A stretch of 64,000 nt of DNA from Octopus sinensis (lineage: Eukaryota). Shown piece after piece: positions 12,147 through 22,529 of this stretch; positions within the stretch are counted from its first letter, which is position 1, and the number at the start of each line of letters is the position of its first letter. Position numbers and translations under genes: made by a program. The stretch lies in contig NC_043002.1 in assembly GCF_006345805.1 (NCBI RefSeq), positions 3,534,001 through 3,598,000 of the forward strand, in the 5' to 3' direction. A model generated the notes under the pieces. It did not search any database. It worked only from the letters and a program-made list of their open reading frames with translations, and was not told the DNA's origin.

Positions 12147-12490
12147 AATCATCATCATCATTGTTCAACCGTGGTTGAGACAATGGAATTTACCATGCTA
12201 CGCCAGACTTCACGGTCCATCATAGCATTATGGGGGTCCTGTTGCTGGATGCCTGTATCCCTGGAGATTACATCAGGGTAGGAGAGTGTGCGCCCTCTGG
12301 TATCGCGAGCAGATGGCTTCCAGAGGAGAAGAGTAGAAATTACCTCTTTTTCAGCTCTACAACAATGTCCAGCAAACTGGACTCTCCTACCTTTCACAAG
12401 AGATGATACAGGTGGTAGTTTCCCATATATTTGCATTTTGGTTGGATGGCGCTTCCACGAGAGATTTTGAGCTCTCATACTGTAATACCT
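12147..12490 (-). mobile_element. 3' fragment of a second RTE-superfamily LINE
   Basis: QNLSWKRHPTKMQIYGKLPPVSSLVKGRRVQFAGHCCR..DREVWRSMV is a typical LINE ORF2 C-terminus; the stop runs into a (TGA)n tail. Confidence 0.75.
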
Positions 12491-13659
12491 CGTTTCACAT
12501 AAAGTGACCCCACACCCAGGTCGTGATATGAGCTGCATGGCAACTTCACTAGTGTTGGTACCACATAAAAAGCACCTGGTACACACTGTAAAGTGGTTGG
12601 CATTAGAAAGGGCACTCAGCCTTAGAAACCATAGAAACCATGCAGATACTGGAGCATAATGAAGTCCTTGCAAGCATTCTACCAAACCATCCTACCCATG
12701 CCAGCATAGAATATGGATGTTAAATAATAATGATGATGATGATGATGATGATACACCACAAATAACATTCTTGCTAGAAATATGAAGTCACTGTTTGCTT
12801 CCTTACAGACCCCAAAATTTCATACTTAGAGTTTAAACAAAGAAAAGAGAAAACATTTTCAAATTCCTATCAAAGAGAGATCACTTTTTCTATATATATA
12901 TTGATTATTGATTTTGGTTTGATGGTGAGAGGAGACATTGTCTGCTGGTTTGATTTGGTGAGAACTGATTTCTCTTTCGACTGACTCTATTCATGTCTCC
13001 TCTCACCATGATGTCTAGAGTCACTGCTACACTTCATTGAACAAAAGAACACGTCGTTACAATTAATTTTCATTATGAAACGCTACAAATGTGAAAGAAT
13101 TAATATGTATCTTTTCACCCTGCTACCATTTCTGGTAACACCCCACTACAATGTGACCAGTGAGTAGATGTTCTTTTTTAAGACATTGGTGGCATTGGTC
13201 AATGTAGTAGCAGCAGTAGTAGTGTGGGGACATGCACTGTAACAGAGCATCGTTGCATCTACCAATTGTTGGTGATTCCTTACTACTCCTAGTAGGTGAC
13301 ATCTTTGCACTACTCAGGCAACAACCCTCCAAATCATGGGTCTGTTTGGGTAGTTATTGCTGGTGAGAGTTTTTATGAGGCCAGAGTGCAAATCCTACCT
13401 CAGCCACTTTTATTTTATTTTTTTTTTTATGATACGCAAAACAAATGTTGGATGGATTCTTTTACAGGCCGGTCCTCACACAGCACTGGAGGAATGTGAA
13501 ATGTAGTGCTTGGCTCAAGAACACATGTTGCCCAGTCCAGAAATGAACCCATGATCTGCCAACCGTGTGCGAAACCTTAACCACTGGGTCATTCAGCTTC
13601 AAAGTAAATATATAGATTTGCCTAAATGACTTAACCTTTTTTAAATCCTAAAATGAAAT

Positions 13660-14078
13660 AAAGTACCCTTCAATTGTCAGGCAATATGCTGTGTTTGAGA
13701 AGACCTGTTGAGTCAAGTGAAATCATTGTTGTGGTTGATGCCTGTGCCACCTGACTGGCACCTATGCTGGTGGTGTGTAAAAGGCACCATTCAAGCATAG
13801 TTGATGCCGGTGCCACCTGACTGGCTCCCATGCCAGTGGCACTTAAAAAGCACAATTCAAGCATTCATTGCCAGTGCAGCCTGAATGGCCCCCGTACCAG
13901 TGGCACATAAAAAGCACCCACTACACTCTCAGAGTCGTTGACATTAGAAAGGGCATCCAGCTGTAGAAACCTTGCCAGAACAGATTGGAGCCTGGTGCAG
14001 CCTATCGGCTTGCCAGTCCTCAGTCAAACTGTCCAACCTATGCCAGCATGGAAAGCGGATGTTAAAAGATGATGATGA
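13660..14078 (+). mobile_element. RTE 3' UTR fragment
   Basis: Unit array plus tail; its 5' start agtacccttcaat is shared with the copy at 51643-52068. Confidence 0.85.
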
Positions 14079-14481
14079 AATAAAATAAATTATTATATAT
14101 CATTTCTGCATGTCAGGTGTATAGCTTTAGTATTGTTTATATTGGTTTGCTTCCATAATGCAATAACATTAAAAACATCTTGTATGCAGCGTATACTTTG
14201 GTGCAGCAATATCACCTTGCAGAAGTGCACAGCTGCAATCAGAAAGCAGTCAAGACTATTCAACAGCAAGCGTGTTATAATAAAAGCAGGCATGACAAAG
14301 AACGGGGCAGAAGATGCCGTAAAGAATTGGAAGAATGTCATATGCAGATGCATAATGCTGTGGGATGTGGGGTAAAGTGATACGTCAGTGACAAAAAAAT
14401 GGTAACAAGGAAGTTGTTTAGCTGGTAAGAATTCGGTGAAAGCACAAGGTCACGAAACACAACAGAACAATAACAATATGC

Positions 14482-14514
<33 letters not shown>

Positions 14515-14779
14515 GTGTGTGTGCATACACATTTGCAAGGAAGGCAAGAAAAAGATAAAGTCAGCAAAATGGTTATGCTATACTTAAAAATAGAAGACAA
14601 CCCATACTGACCAACTGACCACAATTCTGACGAAAGAATATATTTCAACTTCTCAAAAAACAGAGATAATTTTGGAAGAATTTACTAAACTATTTTCAGT
14701 TTTATTTACTTTTAAATTTTTATAACTTATCAAAAGGTCCCTGCATGAAATGACACTGGAATTTTTGTCAGTGAAAAGG

Positions 14780-15380
14780 GTGCAGTCACTGGTGTGTGGT
14801 TAAGAAGCACGCTTCCCAACCATGTGGTCTTGAGTTCAGTCCCACTATACAGCATATTAGGGAAGTAGCTTCTTCTATAGCCTTGGGCCAACCACAGCTT
14901 TGTGAGTGGATTTGGTAGATGGAAACTGAAAGAATCCTTTATATCATCATCATCGTTTAACGTCCGTTACTGGAGTAAGCACATAAATGTGAAACAAGGG
15001 AAAAGAGTACTCAAATACCAGAGGTAGAGTAATATGCTGTATTTAAAAGCAGCAGAAATATAACAGAAATATTTCTGCTGCTTTTAAATAAAGTATATAT
15101 ATATATATATATATATATGCTTATGGATACCTTTGTCTAGACATCACGTGATGGTTGTAAATGAGCATAACCATCATATAAACAATGTTGTTTGTTTCCT
15201 GTCTTCCACGAAAAACTTGTGTGGCCATGGGAAAATGTTGTCATGCCTGGAAATAGGTGAGGGTTTGCAACAGGAAGGGCATCTAGCTATAGGAAATTTG
15301 CCTCATCAAATTCTGTTTGACCCATGCAAGCATGGAAAAGTGAACATTAAAGTGGTGATGATAACGATGGTGGTGATGAT
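14780..15380 (+). mobile_element. SINE (A head, RTE tail) with insertions in its central microsatellite
   Basis: Head at 14780-14940, nested 25-nt RTE tail and foldback fragment, tail at 15130-15380 with aggaagggcatctagct. Confidence 0.7.
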
Positions 15381-15897
15381 GGTAATGCTAATGATGATGG
15401 ATGAGAATAACTTTCTCATCAGTTGATCTGTTGACTGAAGATCAGATATTTAATGTAAGAGTGAAGTTGTGAGTTTGGGAGTGATTTCAAAAATGAATTC
15501 ACCATGTTTATTAGAAGAGAAAACAGGATTTGTTTCGATTTTGTGATGTTTGAGGCAGCAGTTATTGTTGAACAAACGAAAAAGATTTTTATCAAGTCAA
15601 TAAGAGAATCTGGGTGTCACAGTGTTGTTGCTTGAACTTTTAGAAATAGCAACCAAACCTCTTTCACATTTCATCATATCATCTGAAAACTGGGATGACC
15701 TACTTCTAAGTTTTAAATGCCAGAAAGCAAGACAAGGCAGTCATGGCTGAAACACCAGCCAATCAATGAACAGTCAACATTCAGAAGAAACAACACAAAG
15801 AGCAAAATCTGCTTCAGCTGTAGTAAAGTCATTGATGGATATCGTTAGAATAAGGTTTATAGACCAAAGTACTAAAAATAGATTATGTACAGGTATA

Positions 15898-16145
15898 GGC
15901 GCAGGAGTGGCTGTGTGGTAAATAGCTTGCTTACCAGCCATGTGTTTGAGTGTGTGTTTGTCCCCCACCACCATCACTTGACAACCGATGTTGGTGTGTT
16001 TACATCCCATGTAACTTAGCAGTTCAGCAAAAGATATCGATAGAATAAGTACTAGGCTTACAAACAATAAGTCCTGGGGCTGATTTGTTCGACTAAAGAC
16101 AGTGCTCCAGCATAGCCACAGCCAAGTGACTGAAACCAATAAGAA
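15898..16145 (+). mobile_element. Family A SINE with the CORE region deleted
   Basis: ggcgcaggagtggctgtgtgg head joined directly to the 3' half. Confidence 0.8.
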
Positions 16146-16154
16146 GATATATAC

Positions 16155-16190
<36 letters not shown>

Positions 16191-16278
16191 GGTCCCGGGT
16201 TGATTCGGGGTTAACCACAGTAAATAAGGTACTCAAACCTGCCTAAATGTATAAATGCCAATAGAATTCTTGTTAACT

Positions 16279-16329
16279 AGCTTCCTGAAGATTTCTCTTG
16301 AATGAAACAGTTCTAGTCCTGTAGAAGCT
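16279..16329 (+). ncRNA. Type I hammerhead ribozyme-like motif
   Basis: AGCTTC-CTGAAGA-tTTC tctt GAAt-GAAACAG-ttctagtc-CTGTA|GAAGCT: stem I 6 bp, stem III 4 bp, GUA site. Confidence 0.7.
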
Positions 16330-16340
16330 CCTTCTATATA

Positions 16341-16390
<50 letters not shown>

Positions 16391-16414
<24 letters not shown>

Positions 16415-18862
16415 TGTGTACAGTGCTCAGGTGCACTACAACTCATCTAAAGTGTATATAAAATCAGGTGTAGTTTCGGTGGATTTCGGAAAGCATGAGG
16501 GCCTTAAAAGATGCAGTGTCATGGCAGTCAACAACTGACGCAGGCAGTTTATTCCATGCTTCAGCAACTCTGAGCGTGAAAAAATGTTTCCGAAAGTCAT
16601 GAGAGCTGTATTGTTTTCTGACTTTGTAGGCATGTCCACGTGTGTTAGACACATGGAGATCAAAAAGGTGTTCAGTGTTGTTGTTGGTGAGGTGGTTGAT
16701 AACTTTGTGGGTGTTTACCAAGTCCATCGCCAGACGCCGGAGCTTCAGTGAATCCATGCCCAGGGAAACAAGGCGCTCAGAATATGGTAGGTGTCTGATG
16801 GAGGGTATGCGTTTGGTTGCACGTCTCTGGACAGATTCCAGGAGGTCAATGTTCTGTGCAAGATAGGGGTTCCAAACTGATGATGCAAATTCCAAGTGTG
16901 GTCGTACCATAGCTGTATACAGTTTTAAATAGATGGCTGGAGAGCGGCTAACAAAAGACCTGCTGAGTGATGCCAAGACACCCTCGGCCTTCCTGACAAT
17001 CTTAGAGATATGCTTTGTCCAACGCAAATCACTGCTGACAGTGATGCCTAGGTCACGCTCGCAAGAGGATTTCTTGATATCAGTGTTGTGGAGGGAGTAT
17101 GTGAACGCAGGGTTTTTTCTCCCAAAATGCATGGTGGTACACTTGTCCACAGCCAGTTTCAGTTGCCAGTCTGTGATCCATTGCTGCATTGTGTCTAGGT
17201 CTGATTGCAGGAAAGAGTTGTAGACATCAGGATCTGTCCTCTTGATTTCAAGGTACAGCTTGATGCCGTCTGCATATTTCAATACTGTGGCATTCTTTAA
17301 ATTGGCATCTATGTCGTTAATGTATGCCACAAACAAGAGGGGACCAAGGACAGATCCCTGTGGTACACCCGATGACATCTCATATGGTGTAGAATGCTGT
17401 CCTAGAACTGTGACAACCTCCTTTCGGCTGAGGATGAAGGATTTCAACCAGTTAAAAAGGTCATCCCCCACACCCATTGCAGAGAGTTTCACCATAAGCC
17501 TTTTGTGTGGCACAGAGTTGAAAGCCTTAGCAAAGTCAAGGTAGACAACATCCACCCATGAGCCACTGTCAGTAATCTGAGTAATGTCCTCAAGGAACTC
17601 GACAAGCTGGTCACTGCAGCTGGAGTTAGGGACAAATCCATATTGTGAGGGTCGGATGAGACTGTGAGAGCTCCAGAAGTTCCAGAGTGTTTCTCTGACA
17701 CACGATTCCATCAGTTTTGCAATACAGCTAGTGAGACTGACTGGGTGATAGTTGACAGGTGATGTGCGGTCGCCCTTTTTGAACAGAGGAATGACACTGG
17801 CAGTTTTCCACTGCTCCGGAGTAGCACCATTGTTGAGACAGTACTGGAAGAAAATAGAAAGCTGGTGTAAAAGGAAGTGCCTGCCACGTTTGAGAAGCAG
17901 GTATGTAACTCCATCGAGACCAGGGGAGGCATAGTTGCGCTTATTTTGAAGGTGACGTTGCAGCATTGCAGGTGTAAATTCCATAGTTGTTATGGAGTTT
18001 GCTGTTAGTGATGGTGAAGATGGTACATCTTGACTTTCAACAGTGAATATGTTTGCATAGCACTCGGCAATGAGTTCTGCGCATTCCTTGGGATCGTCAG
18101 TGATCTGGTTTGTGTGAGGGTTGCGAAGAGGGCCCACTGGAGAGTGAGGTCTCTGCTTTGAGTGCACATATTTCCAGAAAACCTTACTGTCAGGATTGGC
18201 TGCTATGCACTGTTCAAATTCAAGCACTGCTTTTTTTGTTACTTGCTTGAGATGGTTGGAGGATTTATTCCGCTTCTTCCTGTTGGTGTCTGATTTATGC
18301 AACCTGTATTCCTGTTCAGCAGTCCGACGTTCCCTCCTGGCAAGTCGGACCGCTGAAGTTTCCCAAATTGCCCTTCTGGGGCGGTTCTTCTTTTTTGTTT
18401 ACGTGGCACTGATGCTGCACATGCTGCCCATATTGAGTCCAGGATACTCTGGAGTATAGTATTCACATCTCCAGAGTTGTAGAATTCACGCCAGTTTGGG
18501 TGCTGTAGTTCAGTGTGGTACAGGTTCCAATCTGCTCTCTTCCAATCGAAGGAAGCAGATTGGAGATGGTTCAGGTTTTTGTTGCCCGCAAGAGCAAGAT
18601 TGGCGATGATCATAGCATGATCAGAGTCACCTAGAGGTTCCTCCGTAGTGCAATTGATAACCGCTTCAGGAGTTGTGGTGAAGAGCAGGTCCAAGGTGTT
18701 GTCGCCTCTTGTTGGAGAGGTGACTACTTGTGACCAGTTTGAGTCCAGCACAAGCTCAACAAAATCGTTTGCACTCTGTGGCCAATGGAAGGTCTCCCAA
18801 TCGATCTCAGGATGATTGAAATCGCCTGCAATAAACACATAAGTGGCTGTTTTCCTGGCAGC
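16391..18862 (-). mobile_element. CR1-group LINE, 5'-truncated and inactive
   Basis: Endonuclease motifs GDFNHP, LDLL and SDH; 1-bp frameshift near 18375; RT ORF 16464-18302 with QYGF, DFAKAF, GVPQGSVLGP and YADG in place of YADD; (ATT)n tail. Confidence 0.95.
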
Positions 18863-19447
18863 ATACATATATATATACATATACATATATATATACATAT
18901 ACATATACATATATATATATACATATACATATATATACATATACATATATATACATATACATATACATATATATATACATATACATATATATACATATAC
19001 ATATATATACATACATATATATACATATACATATATATACATATACATATATATATACATATACATACATATACATATATATACATATACATATACATAT
19101 ACATATATATACATATACATATATATACATATATATACATATACATATATATACATATACATATATATACATATACATATATATCATATACATATATATA
19201 CATATACATATACATATATATACATATATATATAACATATATATATATATACATATACATATATATATATACATATACATATATACATATATATATATAC
19301 ATATACATATATACATATACATATACATATATACATATACATACATATATACATATACATATACATATATATATACATATACATATATATATACATATAC
19401 ATATATTATACATATACATATATATATACATATATATATACATATAT

Positions 19448-19506
<59 letters not shown>

Positions 19507-19811
19507 TATATACATATATATATATATATACATATACATATACATATATATATACATATATATACATATACATATATATATACATATACATATATATATA
19601 CATATATATATACATATACATATACATATACATATATATATACATATACATATATACATATACATACATATATACATATACATACATATATACATATACA
19701 TATACATATATACATATACATATATACATATACATATATACATATACATATATACATATACATATATATATATACATATATATATACATATATATATATA
19801 CATATATACAT

Positions 19812-19867
<56 letters not shown>

Positions 19868-19870
19868 TAT
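18863..19870. repeat. ~1 kb (TA)n/(TATACA)n microsatellite
   Basis: Read directly; made almost entirely of AT and AC steps. Confidence 0.98.
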
Positions 19871-19874
19871 TTAT

Positions 19875-20270
19875 GCACAGGAGTGGCTGCATGGTAAGTA
19901 GATTGCTTACCAACCACATGGTTCTGGGTTCAGTCCCACTGCATGACACCTTGGGCAAGTGTCTTCTACTATAGCCTCGAGCCAACCAAAGCCTTGTGAG
20001 TGGATTTGGTAGACAGAACTGAAAGAACCCAGTCATATATATGTGTGTAGGTATATGCTTGTGTGTCTGTGTTTGTACCCGCAACATCGCTTGACAACCA
20101 ATACTGGTGTGTTTATGTCTCTCATAACTTAGCAGTTCAGCAAAGGATACCGATACAATAAGTACTAGGCTTACAAAAAATAAGTACTGGGGTCGATTTG
20201 ATCGACTAAAGGCAGTGCTCCAGCATGGTCACAGTCAAATGACTGAAACAAGTAAAAGAATAAAAGAAAA
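19875..20270 (+). mobile_element. Complete family A SINE
   Basis: Head, CORE, microsatellite and tail gcagtgctccagcatgg..cagtcaaatgactgaaacaag. Confidence 0.9.
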
Positions 20271-20631
20271 GATAATGTTGAAAATTAAATTATTTTTACA
20301 AATAAAATTGCAAATATGGCAGCCATTGTGATGCAAATATTCCTTTGTAGTTTTAAACAATGATAGTTTTTGTACATTTTTACCTGTTGCTCATACATTA
20401 CTAATATATTGTGTGGTGTATATTAATATTATATAAATTTTATGTGTGTGTGTGTGTGTATGTAGTGGGCATTTGGTGAAGGCCATAATTGCTTTCACGA
20501 GGTCGTGCAATGCAGTGAAATGATATGCGATGTAACGGATATAGAGCATGGTATGACCAATGGTATTGGCTGGAATGACATGCCATATCAAATCGATATG
20601 ATGTAGCCCTCTACCAAATGTAGCATGTAGA

Positions 20632-21101
20632 TGTAACACTTGAAGGTTCTCACGTCAGAGTAACCAGTGAAGAACGTCGAAGAATCGACATTAAGAAGGA
20701 AGAAATATTATATACAGATATTTATTCGTTTGCCTGACAGGTAGAAAGAGAGACAGCAGTAATTGTAGTAATAGTGACAAAAACATTGGCTCGCTGGTTA
20801 GTAGTTGGTAGTGTGCAAAAGTTGCTGTCTGTCAGCAGAGAGTGAAAGAGTAAGGAATGCACGGTGCTGACTAGAATGGAAGAAAGGATAAAGGTGGTAT
20901 CGTTGTTCTTGTGGCCGAAAGCTTCTTTTCATATGTCGAGCGAAAGGCAAAGGGAAGTGCTGTTCTTGGTCATGGCTGATACAAAAGAGGGTGCTGCTCC
21001 TAGGCCTGGCTGACCCAGAGGAAATGCTCTCTGTTATATTGACTATGGTCAGTAATGTAGGTCAAACCCTAAACAAAGAACTGAACTTTCCTTGACCAGC
21101 A
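20632..21101 (-). mobile_element. Possible solo-LTR-like insert
   Basis: Begins TGTAAC, has AATAAA on the minus strand near 20725, and its composition differs from the flanks; far end and TSD not found. Confidence 0.25.
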
Positions 21102-21235
21102 CAGGTTTTTGGGGGGTCAAGTGTTTCTTCATCAATCATCTGGTGCGGAGAGGATTTCCTGCTTATTTTGACAAGCAACAAGCAGGTAGATTTAGTTTCA
21201 AATCTCAGGCAGGGCCAAACGAGGTCCCTACATAT

Positions 21236-21622
21236 GTGTCAGTGGCACGTAAAAAACACCATCCAAATGTGGTCGATGCCAGGTCTTCCTGACTGGCTCC
21301 TGTGCCAGTGGTATGTAAAAAGCACCATCTGAATGTGGCCGATGCCAGTACCCAGTGACTAGCTCCCGTGCCGGTGACACGTAAAAAGCCCTATCTGAAC
21401 ATGATCAATGCCAGATCTGCCTAACTGACTCCTGTGCTGGTGCCATGTAAAAAGCACCCACTACACTCTCAGAGTGGTTGGTGTTAGGAAGAGCATCCAG
21501 CTGTAGAAACATTGCCAGATCGGATTGGAGCCTGGTGCAGCCTTCTGGCTTAACAGTCCTCAGTCAAACTGTCCAACCCATGCCAGCATGGAAAGTGGAT
21601 GTTAAACAATGATGATAATGAT
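21236..21622 (+). mobile_element. RTE 3' UTR fragment with four units
   Basis: Starts at gtgtcagtggcacgtaaaaaacacc and ends in a GAT tail. Confidence 0.9.
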
Positions 21623-22032
21623 ATATACATACATCTTTCAAATTTGTTTAGGTAATGTTAGAGGTATGCAAATAAAGCTCCTATTTCATTATGCCGTCTA
21701 CCATTTAATAATACTGATGAATGAGTCAGATTTTCGGGATTGCATCATGCTTATGCCAGTATAATGTGGGATAAATGCAATAACAATAATACCAAGATGG
21801 AATTTATAAATCTTTAAGACATTGCTGTGCACATTTCCAGAGATCAGATGATTTAGACATCAAAGTCCATGTCCTTGGGATGAGTACAATATAGTCCATA
21901 TTATCCGTGGGCGTCTGGTTGATCATCATCATCGATTCATTTCATCAGCTGATGCTGCATTATTGGATGAAGCACAAAGGGATGTTTATTCCTTCTTACC
22001 TGTATGAAGGCCAATCTAGCTATCATTCATAT

Positions 22033-22525
22033 ATCATCATCATCATCGTTTAGCATCCGCTTTCCATGCTGGCATGGGTTGGACGGTGCAACTGGGGTCT
22101 GGGAAGCCAGAAGGCTGCACCAGGCCCAGTCTGATCTGGCAATGTTTCTACGGCTGGATGCCCTTCCTAACGCCAACCACTCCATGAGTGTAGTGGGTGC
22201 TTTTTACGTGCCACTGGCACAGGTGCCAGACGAGGCTGGCAAACGGCCACGGTTGGATGGTGCTTTTTACGTGCCACCGGCACGGAGGCCAGGCAAGGCT
22301 GGCAAACGGCCACGATCAGATGGTGCTTTTTACGTGCCACCGGCACGGAGGCCAGGCGAGGCTGGCAACGGCCACGATCAGATGGTGCTTTTTACGTGCC
22401 ACCGGCACGGAAGCCAGTCAGGGCGGCACTGGCAACGGCCACGTTCGGATGGTTCTCTTATGTGCCACCAGCACTGGTATCACAGCTACAATTTCCATTC
22501 ATGTTGATCGATTTTGATTTTTGAT
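22033..22525 (-). mobile_element. Inverted RTE 3' UTR copy abutting the LINE 5' end
   Basis: Reverse complement aligns to 25895-26388 and has the same unit subtype (cctcgtctggcacct). Confidence 0.93.
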
Positions 22526-22529
22526 TATA

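Noticed and set aside
18724-20087. Long ORFs of 130-426 aa rich in Y/I/M/H
   Set aside because: They are translations of the TA/TATACA microsatellite, which lacks stop codons
22004-22517. Recurring LDALPNANHS and CHRH peptides suggesting a gene family
   Set aside because: They are antisense readings of the non-coding RTE 3' UTR, with inconsistent frames among copies
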